A DNA stretch of 64,000 nucleotides from an uncultured bacterium (GTDB lineage Bacteria > Krumholzibacteriota > Krumholzibacteriia > JACNKJ01): positions 1,344,001-1,408,000 of the forward strand of contig CAVOFT010000001.1 in NCBI GenBank assembly GCA_963695095.1, in the 5' to 3' direction. The notes under the pieces are model-generated. The model saw nothing but the letters and a program-made list of their open reading frames with translations. It ran no database searches and had not been told where the DNA came from. Position numbers and translations under genes: made by a program. Shown in pieces: positions 42,000 through 55,342 of this stretch (the stretch's first letter is position 1; every line of letters starts with the position of its first letter).

Positions 42000-44477
42000 A
42001 TGCGCAGATACAGATTCCTGCTCTTCCTCTTGGCGGTCACGGTCGCGCTCGGCGGGGTGATGGGCTGCGACAACCTGGAGACCGAGGGCAAGCCCAATCA
42101 GGCGCCCGCGGTGTATCTCTCCAGCGGGCCCGCCAACAACGACGCCAACGTCAACTACCGGGTGCGCTTCTACTGGAACGGCTACGATCCCGATGGCCGC
42201 GTGGACCACTTCGAGTACCTGGTCACCAACGACGAGGTCACGGGTTCGCTGATCATCGACGACGATATCTACACCACCCTCGCCGCTCTCGACGACGCCT
42301 ATCCGCAGGTGGACTACAGCTGGCGCAGCATCGAAGTGCATGACACGACCATCTCGGTGACGGCCGACTCCATCCCGGTGGCGGGCGCGCCGGAAGACTC
42401 GCTCTATTTCTACGGGGGCGATCGCTTCCTCTTCCGCGCCCACCACACCTTCTTCATTCGGGCGGTGGACGAGCTTGGAGCCGTATCCCGCATCCCGGCC
42501 CATCGCACCTTCACGGCGACGACGATCGCCCCCGAGGTGAAGATCAACCACCCTGCGGACACGCAGGGCGTCGGCGGCTACGATCAGCTGCCTCCGGACA
42601 TCTTCTTCCGCTGGGCCGGCAACGACTCGGTGGGGGACGGCACGGTGATCGAGCCCGACTACACGCGCTACGCCCTGCTCAAGCGGGGCGATCTCGGCCT
42701 GGACACGCAGTTCACGGGCCGGCTGCTCAGCTTCCCCGACTCGGTCTGGAGCGTCTGGCGGGGCTGGGATCAGGTGGATTCGCTCAACGAGAATCTGAGC
42801 GGCAAGCGGGCCCTGATCACTGGCCTCACGCCGACCTCGGCGGGGGGCGGCGCCGGGTTCTACCTGTTCTTCGTGCAGGCCAAGGACGAGGCCGGCGCGA
42901 TCTCCAGCCACTACGAGGACGGCAAGAACCTGCGCAAGATCCGCGTGGTCTCCAGCCTGGCGCCGAAGGTGACCGTCACCGAGCCCGTGCTCGGCGTGCG
43001 CGTGAGCAGCAACAATCAGACCTACGACTTCACGGTGGCGGAGAACCAGGTGCTCAGGCTGACCTGGTCGGCTACGGCCGCGGCCTATGGCAGCGAGATC
43101 ACCGGCTACCGCTATGGCTGGGATATCCTCGATACGGAGAACGACGAGGAGTGGAGCACCTGGTCGCTGGCGACCACCTCCACGCAGGCCAGCTTCGTCT
43201 CGGGCAGCCACAGCTTCTTCCTGGAGGCCCGCGACTACAGCGGCACGACGACCCGTGTCGTCTATCGCCTGGTCGTGGTGCCCTTCACGATGGAGCGCGA
43301 GCTGCTCTTCATCGACGACTACAACAACACGGCCAGCTCGAGCGTCGCCAACACCTACCCCGGCAGCCCCAATCAGTACAACTGGGGCACCTACTACCTG
43401 ACCAACGATATGCAGCGGGATTTCTGGGACGCCATCCTGGAGGAGTACAACGGCTACGATCCGGTCGTGGACTTCTTCCGGGTGACGGCGATCAATCCCA
43501 TCCCGCCCTTCGAGACCGTGGCGCTCTACAAGCGTCTCATCTGGGAGGTGAAGGAGGGCGGCGCCGGCGAGGCGGGCCTGAGCCGCGTGTCCCGCTTCGT
43601 GGACGTCTACGCCGTGAATTCGGTGCCCTTCGATTACCTGTCGGCCTTCATGGACCGCGGCGGGCAGCTCCTGCTCTGCGGCAGCAACCCGGTGCTCGCC
43701 ATGCTGCCCACGGCCGGCGAGATGGCCGACCCCACCTACGAGCGCCGGCTGCCCATGGCCTTTCTCAAGCACCTCTCCTACTCGGAAGGCAGTTCCAGCG
43801 AGTCGCAAGCCGCCGTGGGACGCTTCCTGCCCTACAAGTACTTCGGCCTGGACGCGCTGGTCAAGGGCGCCGACCAGGACGCCAAGACCTACGACTGGAC
43901 CGGCCCCGACTGGCGCACCGTGCGCACCTTCTGGGGCTTCTACGGCGCCGGCTACACGCGCGCCGAACTGGCCAGCTTTCCCAACACGACGAGCTGGGCG
44001 CCGGGCGACACCCTGCGCTTTCGCCCGCAGGTCTACCAGTGGTTCCACGACGCCGGCGGCTTCTTCAACGGGGCGGATTCGCGCGCGGTGGGTTGCACGG
44101 CCTTCCCTCGCGCCTTCGGCCTCAACTCCGTGGAAATCTACAACTGGGATTTCTTCAGGCTCCAGTACGATCCGCCGCTCACCTACCGGACGACCAAGTA
44201 CATCCCGCTGCTTTCCTACGTGCCGGCCGATCCCACGACGAGATGGGGCCGGACCCCGAGCCCGGACATGTGCTACCTGACTCCGGGCGGCGAGCATCAC
44301 GACGAGCTGGGCTACGCCACGGGCAGCGGCGGCCCGCATGCGGTCGCGGTGATCGGCATGGAGAAGCCGGCCACCCCCAGCGTGCTCCTGGGATTCACGC
44401 CCTACTACCTGGCGCCGACCGAGGCCAAGGGCTTCATCGACCACATCTTGATCGACATCTTTCACATGATCAAGTGA
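42000..44477 (+). CDS. Large lipoprotein B1 (825 aa)
   Basis: Lipobox VMGC; three Ig/Fn3-like repeats (HTFFIRAVD, YLFFVQAKD, HSFFLEARD), then an alpha/beta domain starting LLFIDD. Confidence 0.88.
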   Translation: MRRYRFLLFLLAVTVALGGVMGCDNLETEGKPNQAPAVYLSSGPANNDANVNYRVRFYWNGYDPDGRVDHFEYLVTNDEVTGSLIIDDDIYTTLAALDDAYPQVDYSWRSIEVHDTTISVTADSIPVAGAPEDSLYFYGGDRFLFRAHHTFFIRAVDELGAVSRIPAHRTFTATTIAPEVKINHPADTQGVGGYDQLPPDIFFRWAGNDSVGDGTVIEPDYTRYALLKRGDLGLDTQFTGRLLSFPDSVWSVWRGWDQVDSLNENLSGKRALITGLTPTSAGGGAGFYLFFVQAKDEAGAISSHYEDGKNLRKIRVVSSLAPKVTVTEPVLGVRVSSNNQTYDFTVAENQVLRLTWSATAAAYGSEITGYRYGWDILDTENDEEWSTWSLATTSTQASFVSGSHSFFLEARDYSGTTTRVVYRLVVVPFTMERELLFIDDYNNTASSSVANTYPGSPNQYNWGTYYLTNDMQRDFWDAILEEYNGYDPVVDFFRVTAINPIPPFETVALYKRLIWEVKEGGAGEAGLSRVSRFVDVYAVNSVPFDYLSAFMDRGGQLLLCGSNPVLAMLPTAGEMADPTYERRLPMAFLKHLSYSEGSSSESQAAVGRFLPYKYFGLDALVKGADQDAKTYDWTGPDWRTVRTFWGFYGAGYTRAELASFPNTTSWAPGDTLRFRPQVYQWFHDAGGFFNGADSRAVGCTAFPRAFGLNSVEIYNWDFFRLQYDPPLTYRTTKYIPLLSYVPADPTTRWGRTPSPDMCYLTPGGEHHDELGYATGSGGPHAVAVIGMEKPATPSVLLGFTPYYLAPTEAKGFIDHILIDIFHMIK

Positions 44478-44599
44478 GGACCAGCTTGGACGGAGGGACG
44501 CCGCAGCACTCGGGAGTGGGACCTGAACGCCGCGGCCCCTCCGTCGCTCCATCGACGCTCGCCGGCCCGGCGGCCGGGGTGAGGGAGGATTGAGGCGCA

Positions 44600-46240
44600 A
44601 TGAGAAACGAGGCGAGGCTCAGTGCAGCGCTGGTCCTGGCGCTGCTCCTGCCGGCCGGGGCGGCTGCCCAGCTCTGCGATCCTGATGACATGCCGCCGCC
44701 GGCGGTCTATGCCGATACGCTGGGATTGCCCGCGCCGGATTGGGACATGAGCCCTTTCTACCCCGCGGGCGGCACGCGCCTGGACGCGATCGGCAACGCC
44801 TATTACTCCGTGGGCACCGAGTTCGGCTACTTCGGCGTGCCGGCCGAGTTCGACGTGACCGAGGAGGAGCCCCCGCACTACTTCCTGCCCGACGGCTGGC
44901 GCAAGCGCGACATGATGACCTTTACCTGGACGCGGCCGGCCGGCACCCAGATCGTGCGCCGGCCTTCGCTGCGCTCGGGCGGCGTCTGGGCCATGGATCC
45001 CGCGGGCAGCGTGCCGGGCGACACCGTGCTCGTCTCGCCGCAACTCTCGGTCTACGGCGCCTACACGGGCAGCCGGGATCAGGTCTTCGTCTTCGAGCGC
45101 AGCTTCGGCGCGCGCTTCCAGGGCGATCGCGTGGCCAGCCCTCTCGATCCCGGCCTCGATGCCTGGAGCGCGAGCCACTACACCATCGACGGCGAGCTGT
45201 GGTACGACACGCCCCAGTACTTCACGCCGATCGGCGGCAGCATCACGATCACCAGCACGATGAGCTGGAAGGAATCCTACACGCCGGATCCGGAGTTCGC
45301 CTATGCCCCGGGCGATCCCCTGCTCAGCGGCCGCATCAACCTCTACTCGCGCTACGAGCGGGTGGCGGCCGATTCCGTGCGACTCGTCGACACCAACATC
45401 CACTGCGCCCACGGGCTCTTTCCCGATGCCTGGTACCCGAACGGCACCTGGGATCCGACCACGGATCCCTCCGCCTACGGACTCTACGTTTCCTTTTCGC
45501 CGGGCGTCATGGCTGAGGGTTTCCGCTGGCGCCTGGTCACCGAGGAGTTCGACGGCTATCTCGTCTGGCGGGAAGTCCTCGGCTCGGACAACGGCTGGAT
45601 GAACATCTGGAAGATCTCCTACAATGAAGAGCGCGACAAGGAGTACTGGTGGTGGATCGGCGGCGACTTCAGCATCACCGCGCCGCCGCCCTACTACGGC
45701 TACGATCCGATGACGCTGACCAACGTTTTCGCCGGCAGCGACGAGCTGCTCTATCTCGACTTCGACGTGCACAACGGCTTCGCCTACAAGTACGCGATCA
45801 CCACCTTCGACCGCGGTTTCCGACCCAACAGCGGCGAGAACAATCACTACCTCCGCAGCAGCACCAGCAAGGAGCAGCTCGACACGGTGGCGCGGGAGCT
45901 GGTCTTCAACCGGCCGGCGGGGGAGCGGCTGGAGCGCAACGTCTATGCCGTGCCCAATCCGCTGCGCACGGGCAAGAGCGCCTTCGACGATCCGAACTAC
46001 CACAATTTCCCGGGCGAGATCGTGCGCTTCGTGGGCGTCACGGCGCAGACGACCCTTAAGGTCTACTCGCTGGCCGGCGATCTCCTCTTCGAGGCCGCGA
46101 ACACGGATCCGAACACGCGCAACATCGTCTGGGACACCCGCAACCAGATGGGCGAGTTGGTCGCCTCGGGCGTCTACATCTACCGCGCGGAGGGCCAGGG
46201 TGGGGACGAGGAGTTCGGCCGCCTGATCATCATCCGCTAG
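44600..46240 (+). CDS. Exported protein with C-terminal T9SS-type sorting domain
   Basis: Signal peptide; FDGYLVWR and D.DVHNGF.Y.YAITTFD (Fn3-like); C-terminal VYAVPNP...LKVYSLAGDLL...WD.RN..G..VASGVYIY. Confidence 0.85.
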   Translation: MRNEARLSAALVLALLLPAGAAAQLCDPDDMPPPAVYADTLGLPAPDWDMSPFYPAGGTRLDAIGNAYYSVGTEFGYFGVPAEFDVTEEEPPHYFLPDGWRKRDMMTFTWTRPAGTQIVRRPSLRSGGVWAMDPAGSVPGDTVLVSPQLSVYGAYTGSRDQVFVFERSFGARFQGDRVASPLDPGLDAWSASHYTIDGELWYDTPQYFTPIGGSITITSTMSWKESYTPDPEFAYAPGDPLLSGRINLYSRYERVAADSVRLVDTNIHCAHGLFPDAWYPNGTWDPTTDPSAYGLYVSFSPGVMAEGFRWRLVTEEFDGYLVWREVLGSDNGWMNIWKISYNEERDKEYWWWIGGDFSITAPPPYYGYDPMTLTNVFAGSDELLYLDFDVHNGFAYKYAITTFDRGFRPNSGENNHYLRSSTSKEQLDTVARELVFNRPAGERLERNVYAVPNPLRTGKSAFDDPNYHNFPGEIVRFVGVTAQTTLKVYSLAGDLLFEAANTDPNTRNIVWDTRNQMGELVASGVYIYRAEGQGGDEEFGRLIIIR

Positions 46241-46317
46241 GTGATGACCGGCGCCCGGCGCCTCTCCCCTGACCGGCCACCCGGGCCGGTCAGGCCGGCG
46301 GTCGCAGAGGAGGATTG

Positions 46318-48781
46318 GTGAGCGGCAGCCGCTGGTGGCGCGGCGCCCTGCCGCTGCTGCTGGCGGGGGCGCTGGGCCTGGGCGCTTGCGATGAGCGCCT
46401 CGATGAAGTCGGCCTACCCAACCAGGCCCCGGTGATCCACCTCTCGAGCGGACCCGTCGAGGGCGAACCCGACGCCAATTACCGCGTGCACTTCTACTGG
46501 AACGGCCACGACCCCGACGGTCATGTGGACCGCTATCAATTCCTGATCACCGACGACGAAGTCACCGGTTCGCTGATCATCGACGAGGACGTCTACGCGC
46601 GTCTGGCCGGGCTCGGCTACGGCTGGCGGGACGTCTGGGCTCACGACAGCATCTTCGCCGTCACCGCGGATTCGATTCCCGACGCGGACGATCCCGCGGA
46701 TGCGCAGTATCTCTACGGCGATCGCTTCCTCTTCCGCGCTCAGCACACCTTCTTCGTGCGGGCCGTCGACGAAGAGGGGCTGGCCTCCCGCCTGCCGGAG
46801 CATCGCAGCTTCACGGCGACGACCATCGCGCCCGAGGTGAAGATCGTCTTCCCAGGCGACCTCGGCGGCGTCGGCGGTTACGACGGCCTGCCGCCGGACA
46901 TCTTCTTCCGCTGGACGGGCAACGACTCGGTGGGCGACGGCAGCGTGATCGTGCCCGATTCCACGCGCTTCACGCTGCTGCGCCGGGGTGACCTGGGGAT
47001 CGTCAATCAGGAGAGCGGGCGCCTGCTCGCCTTCCCGGACAGCGTGTGGAGCCCCTGGCGGCACTGGGACGCCGTCGACAGCCTGAACCCCAACCTGGGC
47101 GGCCGCCAGGCCCTCGTCGAGGATCTGACGCCGACCTCGCAGGGAGGCGGCGAGGGCTACTACCTCTTCCTCGTCCAGGCCAAGGATGAGGCCGGCGCCA
47201 TCACCAGCCACTTACCAGGACGGCAAGAACCTGCGCAAGCTGCGCATCCTCGAGGGTCTGCAGCCGCGGCTGGTGATCCGCGAGCGCTCGCTGGGCACCA
47301 GCTTCGCCGGCCACGATCAGACCTGGGACTACAGCATCGCCGCCGATCAGCCCCTGCAGATGAGCTGGTCCGCCTCGGCGGCGGAATACGGCAGCGAGAT
47401 CACGGGTTACCGCTATGGGTGGGACATCCTCGACAGCAACAACGACGAGGAATGGACGAGCTGGTCGCTCAGCAACACCGCTGCGCAGGCGAGCTGGCCC
47501 GGCGGCACGCACAGCTTCACGCTCGAGGCGCGCGACTACAGCGGCCGCGTGACGCGGGTCCTCTATCGCTTCGTGGTGATCCCCTTCACGATGGACTTCG
47601 ACCTGCTGCTGGTCGACGACTACGACAACACGCCCGTGGCCAATCCCTACCAGGGTTGGCCCCTCGGCCAGCCCTTCACCTGGGGCACCTTCCCGCACAC
47701 CAACGAGCAGCAGCTCGCCTGGTGGCAGGCGCTCCTGAGCGACTACCCCGGCTTTGCAGCGGGCCGCGATTTCTTCCGCGTCACCGTCATCGACAAGCAG
47801 CCCTATATCCAGGTGCTGGCCAGCTACAAGCGCGTGATCTGGGAGGTGCGCGAGACCGAGCCGGGCGGCTCCGGGCTCGCGCGGGTGGCGGCGATGGTGG
47901 ATCCCTACTCCGTCCAGGGCGCCGTGCCCTACGATTACCTGAGCGCCTTCCTCGAAGGCGGCGGGCAGCTCCTGCTCTGCGGCGTGCACCCCATCTCAGC
48001 GCTGCTGCCGTTGCCCGCCCAGATGCAGACCGATTCCTACCAGCGCCGAACGCCGATCGCCTTCCTCAAGCACATGGGCCTGAGCGGGGGCAGCGCCAAC
48101 GAGTCCGCGGCCGCCGTGCAGCGCTTCCTGCCCTGGCGGGAGTTCGGCATCGATGCCGTCGCCAAGGCCGTCGATCCCAATCCGCGCCTCTTTCCGGGCG
48201 CCAACGCCGATCTGCGCACGCCGCGCACCTTCTGGGGGCTCACCGGCATCGGCTATGCCGGCGGCGAGCAGGCCGACTTCCCCATCAGCACCGGCTGGCT
48301 GCCCGCCGACACCCTGCGCTTCCGGCCGGAGGTCTACGCCTGGTTCGCCGCCGCGGGCCCCATCTTCAACGATCCCGACGACTGGGACGACCCGAGCGGC
48401 GCCGGGCACGTGGAGTTCGGCCTCGCCGAGGGCGAGATCTACAACTGGGACCGCTTCGCGGCCGCCTACACGCCGCCGCTCCACCTGCGCTCGGAGCAGT
48501 ACCGGCCCTTGCTCACCTGCATTCCCGCCGACTCCACGACGCGCTGGGGCCCGGCGCCCACGCCCGTCCATCCCTACATGCGCGCCGACGGCCAGCACTA
48601 CGACGAGCTGCAGTACAGCCTCGGCCCGGGCCGCCGGCACCTGACCGGGCTCGTCGGCATGCGCCACCCGGAAGCGCCCAGCGTGCTCCTGGGCTTCACG
48701 CCCTACTACCTCGCGGACGATGCCGCGCGCGGGCTCTTCGACCACATCCTGGTGGACATCTTCCACATGGAGCGGCCTTGA
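46318..48781 (+). CDS. Large lipoprotein B2, paralogue of B1; one +1 frameshift near 47212
   Basis: Lipobox LGAC. The halves join at AITSH|YQDGKNLRK (B1: AISSHYEDGKNLRK) and stay colinear to DHILVDIFHM. Confidence 0.88.
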
Positions 48782-49854
48782 GCGGGTCTGCCCGCGGCGA
48801 GTGGCAGGCACTGGCCCTGCTCACGCGCAGCGGCGAGCCGGAATCGCAGCACTGGGGAGCCTGGGCGCTGGTCGACGCCGCCGGGCGCCTGCTCGACGGG
48901 CGCGGGGATCCGGGTCAGGCGGTCTGGGCGCGCAGCGCGGTCAAGGCCTTCCAGGCTCTACCCGTCGCGGCCCTCGGCCTGCTGGAGCGCCATGGCCTCG
49001 GCGACGAGCACCTGGCCATCATCGCCGGCTCGCATAGCGGAGAGCCGCGCCACCGCCGGCTGGTGGGCGAGATCCTCGCGGCCGGCGGCTTCGGAGAGGC
49101 CGACCTCGCCTGCGGCTACCACCGGCCCTTCGACCGTGCCAGCGCGCGGGAGCAGATCGCGAGCGGGGCGCCGGACAGCCCGCTCTATCACAACTGCTCG
49201 GGCAAGCACGCGGGCATGCTGCTCCTGGCCGGCGCCCTGGGCGCGCCCAGCGCCGACTACCTCGACCCCGAGGGCCCCGGCCAGCGCCTGATCCGCGAGA
49301 CGCTCAGCGCCTTCGCGGGCGGCCGGGCGCCCCTCCTCGGCCTCGACGGCTGCAGCGCCCCCAGCTTTCGCCTGCCCCTGGCGGCCCTTGCCCAGGCCGC
49401 CGCCCGGCTGGGCGCCGGCGATCCGCCGGCGGGCCTGCCTCGCCCGGCGCTGCCCTGGGGGGTGGCGCTCGAGCGACTGCGGGGAGCCCTGACCGCTCAT
49501 CCCGAACTCGTGGGGGGCAGCCACCGTCGCTTCGATACGGATCTGATGCGCGCCGCCGGCGGCGGCCTGCTGGCCAAGAGCGGCGCGGAGGGCGTGGAGC
49601 TGGTCTCGCTGCGGGCGCGCGGCTGGGGGCTGGCGCTCAAGATCGCTGACGGCGCCGACCGGGCCGTGCCGCCCCTGGTCTGCGCGCTGCTGGAGCGCTG
49701 GGCGATTCTGGACGCAAAAGCCCTTGCCGCGCTGGCGATCTGGCGTGATGCTGCGCAGATTAACGCGGTGGGAAGGCAAACCGGCGCGCTGGCGATTCTG
49801 CCCGCAGCGCTGCCGCCGCAGTCGCCGCCGGACGGCGCCGCTGCCGACGACTAG
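48778..49854 (+). CDS. L-asparaginase II (rhizobial AnsA type)
   Basis: RSAVKAFQA, GSHSGE..H, HNCSGKHAGML, DGC and AKSGAEG. Start is inferred (TTG overlapping the B2 stop). Confidence 0.88.
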   Translation: MSGSARGEWQALALLTRSGEPESQHWGAWALVDAAGRLLDGRGDPGQAVWARSAVKAFQALPVAALGLLERHGLGDEHLAIIAGSHSGEPRHRRLVGEILAAGGFGEADLACGYHRPFDRASAREQIASGAPDSPLYHNCSGKHAGMLLLAGALGAPSADYLDPEGPGQRLIRETLSAFAGGRAPLLGLDGCSAPSFRLPLAALAQAAARLGAGDPPAGLPRPALPWGVALERLRGALTAHPELVGGSHRRFDTDLMRAAGGGLLAKSGAEGVELVSLRARGWGLALKIADGADRAVPPLVCALLERWAILDAKALAALAIWRDAAQINAVGRQTGALAILPAALPPQSPPDGAAADD

Positions 49855-49888
49855 GCGCCGCGACAGCCAGCGGGAGGATGCGGGAGTC

Positions 49889-51289
49889 ATGGAGCGCTAC
49901 ATCGAGCCCTTCAAGATCAAGGTCGTCGAACCGATTGCGGCCATCAGTCGCGCCGAGCGGGCGGCGGCCATCCAGCGCGCCGGCTACAATCTCTTCAAGC
50001 TGCGCGCCGATGAGATCTACATCGACCTGCTCACGGATTCGGGCACCAGCGCGATGAGCGACAACCAGTGGGCGGGCATCATGCTCGGCGACGAGTCCTA
50101 TGCCGGCAGCCGCAACTACTTCCACTTCGAGTCGACCATCCGCGAGATCTTCGGCCTCGAGCACGTGATTCCCGTCCACCAGGGCCGCGTGGCGGAGAAC
50201 CTGCTGTTCTCCACCGTGCTCCAGCCGGGCATGGTCGTGCCGAACAACAGCCACTTCGACACCACGCGCGCCAACGTCGAGCACCAGCAGGCCGAGGCCC
50301 TGGACCTGCTCTGCGCCGAGGGCAGAGATCCGCGTCTGGTGGCGCCCTTCAAGGGCAACATGGACGTGGCGGCGCTGGAGGCCCTGATCGCCCGCGTGGG
50401 GGTGGCGCGCATCCCGCTCGTGATGCTGACGGTGACGAACAACAGCGGCGGCGGCCAGCCGGTGTCCCTGGCCAACATCCGCGCGGTGAGCGCCGTCTGC
50501 CGCGCCCACGGGCTGCCGCTCTTCTTCGATGCCTGCCGCTTCGCCGAGAACGCCTACTTCATCAAGACGCGCGAGCCGGAATGCGCGGACCTGAGCATCC
50601 CGGCCATCGTCGCCGAGATGTTCAGCCACGTCGACGGCTGCACGATGAGCGCCAAGAAGGACGGCCTGGTCAACATGGGCGGCTTCCTCGCCATGCGCGA
50701 CGGCGACCTGGCCGAGCGCATCCGCAATCTGCTGATCCTGGTGGAGGGCTTTCCCACCTACGGCGGGCTATCGGGCCGGGACCTGGAGGCCATCGCCCGC
50801 GGTCTGCGCGAGGTGCTCGACGAGCGCTACCTGCAGTTTCGCGTCAGCCAGGTGGCCAATCTCGGCGAGCAGCTCGTCGAGGGCGGCGTGCCCATCCTGC
50901 AGCCGCCGGGCGGCCACGCCGTCTACCTGAATGCGGGCGAATTCCTGCCCCATATCCCGCCCCTGGCGTTTCCCGGGCAGTCGCTGGCGGTGAACCTCTA
51001 CATCGAGTCGGGCGTGCGCGGCGTCGAGATCGGCACCCTGATGTTCGGCGGCCTCGATCCGGCGACCGGCGCGGAGCGCAGGGCCCGGCTCGAACTGGTG
51101 CGGCTGGCCATCCCGCGTCGCGTCTACACGACGATGCACATGAACTACGTGGCCCAGTCCATCCTGGACCTCCACGAGCAGCGCGGGAAGCTGAAGGGCA
51201 TGCGCATCGTCAAAGCGCCGCCCATCCTGCGCCACTTCTCGGCCACCCTGGATTTCACCAGCCAACCGGAGCACGCCTCCGCCGGCTGA
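49889..51289 (+). CDS. tnaA: Tryptophanase (PLP beta-eliminating lyase)
   Basis: EPFKIKVVE, IDLLTDSGT, DESYAGS and MSAKKDG (PLP Lys). C-terminal LRHF has His, typical of tryptophanase rather than the RFF of tyrosine phenol-lyase. Confidence 0.85.
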   Translation: MERYIEPFKIKVVEPIAAISRAERAAAIQRAGYNLFKLRADEIYIDLLTDSGTSAMSDNQWAGIMLGDESYAGSRNYFHFESTIREIFGLEHVIPVHQGRVAENLLFSTVLQPGMVVPNNSHFDTTRANVEHQQAEALDLLCAEGRDPRLVAPFKGNMDVAALEALIARVGVARIPLVMLTVTNNSGGGQPVSLANIRAVSAVCRAHGLPLFFDACRFAENAYFIKTREPECADLSIPAIVAEMFSHVDGCTMSAKKDGLVNMGGFLAMRDGDLAERIRNLLILVEGFPTYGGLSGRDLEAIARGLREVLDERYLQFRVSQVANLGEQLVEGGVPILQPPGGHAVYLNAGEFLPHIPPLAFPGQSLAVNLYIESGVRGVEIGTLMFGGLDPATGAERRARLELVRLAIPRRVYTTMHMNYVAQSILDLHEQRGKLKGMRIVKAPPILRHFSATLDFTSQPEHASAG

Positions 51290-51310
51290 ACCGGCAAGGG
51301 GAGTACACGC

Positions 51311-54074
<2,764 letters not shown>

Positions 54075-54130
54075 GCGGGGAGCGGATCGCCTCGACCGCC
54101 TCGCGTTCCGCGCGCGGGGCGGCGCCTGTC

Positions 54131-54904
54131 GTGGCGCCGCCCCGCCTGGATCTGCCGGCGCTGCGGCGCTCGGTCTGGCGCACGATCCTGGTCTTCGCCC
54201 TGCTGCAGCTTGCCTTCGCGCCGCTGCTCGCCTGGCGGCCCGGCCCGGCCCGGCTGGGTCTGGGCTTCCTCGCCTTCGCCCTGCCCTGGACGCTGGCCAC
54301 GGGCTTCCTGCTCGCCCGGCAGGTGCATCTCCTCTACAGCGAGGCCGGCCGGCCCTTGCGCGGCCTCAATCTTGCCACGCGCGTCACCTTGATTCGCGTG
54401 ATCGCCGTGCCGCTGGTGGTCACCCTCATCCTGGCCCGCGAGCCGCGCCTGGCGGCACTGGCCGTGCTGGCGGCGGCCCTCAGCGACGCCGTGGACGGCA
54501 GCCTGGCCCGGCGCCGCGGCGAAGTCACGCAGCTCGGCCGCGTCGCCGACCCCAGCATCGACGCGGTCTTCTGCGGCTCCAGCCTCAGCGCCCTCGCGCT
54601 GGCCGGCCTGCTCCCGATCTGGGTCTTCCTGCTCGTGGTCCTGCGCTATGCGCTGCTGGCCGCCGGGGCGCTCTGGCTGCGCCTGTGGGCGGGCTTCCTG
54701 CCGGCGCGGGCCACCTTCGCCGGGCGCTTCTACTATTTCATCCAGTACAGCCTGCTGGTCGGCTTGCTGCTGGGGGCCGCGGCAGGCGATACTGCCGTGT
54801 GGCGCTGGATCCCCGGCGCTCTGGGTGGCCTGCAGGTGCTGGTGATCCTGCAGCTCGTCCTGCTCGGCCGCAGCCTCCACGCGGAGCTTCGCCATGCTGA
54901 CTAG
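54131..54904 (+). CDS. CDP-alcohol phosphatidyltransferase family protein
   Basis: Signature [26 protein letters not shown] and multiple TM segments. Start is approximate. Confidence 0.85.
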   Translation: MAPPRLDLPALRRSVWRTILVFALLQLAFAPLLAWRPGPARLGLGFLAFALPWTLATGFLLARQVHLLYSEAGRPLRGLNLATRVTLIRVIAVPLVVTLILAREPRLAALAVLAAALSDAVDGSLARRRGEVTQLGRVADPSIDAVFCGSSLSALALAGLLPIWVFLLVVLRYALLAAGALWLRLWAGFLPARATFAGRFYYFIQYSLLVGLLLGAAAGDTAVWRWIPGALGGLQVLVILQLVLLGRSLHAELRHAD

Positions 54905-55289
54905 ACTGCGTCGAGGCGCGACGGCCCTGGCCGGTGCGCTGCTGCTGGGCGCCGGTGGCGCCTGCACCCCGCCCGCGCGGCAGCCGGTGGCCATCTGGGA
55001 GGGCGACGCCGCGCGCGTGCGGCTCGAGTATCGCGGCGAGGCGCGGGCCGTCTTCGCGACAGGCGACTTCAACGAGTGGGCGCTAGCGCCCTTTTCGCGC
55101 CTGGAATCGGAGCGCTGGGAACTGAGCTTCAGTCTGGCGCCCGGCGAGTACTCCTACCTGCTTGCCGTCGAGAACGACAGCGGCTGGTCCCTGCGGCCCG
55201 ACCCCGCCAATCCCCTGCGCCGCGACGACTCGGCTGGCCGCAGCTTGTCGCTCCTGCGCGTCGGGAACGGCAACAGCGGCTCCGACTAG
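54894..55289 (+). CDS. Lipoprotein with CBM48/AMPK-beta-type glycogen-binding domain
   Basis: Lipobox GGAC; V...GDFN.W, W.....L.PG.Y.Y and DPANP motifs. Confidence 0.8.
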   Translation: MLTRLRRGATALAGALLLGAGGACTPPARQPVAIWEGDAARVRLEYRGEARAVFATGDFNEWALAPFSRLESERWELSFSLAPGEYSYLLAVENDSGWSLRPDPANPLRRDDSAGRSLSLLRVGNGNSGSD

Positions 55290-55342
55290 ACGGCGCAGCG
55301 ACGCCTCCGGGCGTCACCTCTCAGCCCGGAGGCAGCAAGCTC

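Noticed and set aside
32570..48781. Diversity-generating retroelement or gene-conversion cassette behind the paralogue pairs
   Set aside because: No reverse transcriptase is present, differences are not adenine-specific, and the identical DNA stretches I noticed are only ~20-25 nt within conserved protein motifs.
46315..49854. 1179-aa ORF that looks like a lipoprotein-asparaginase fusion
   Set aside because: Artefact of the +1 frameshift at ~47212. The middle part is off-frame B2 sequence, and the two genes are separate.
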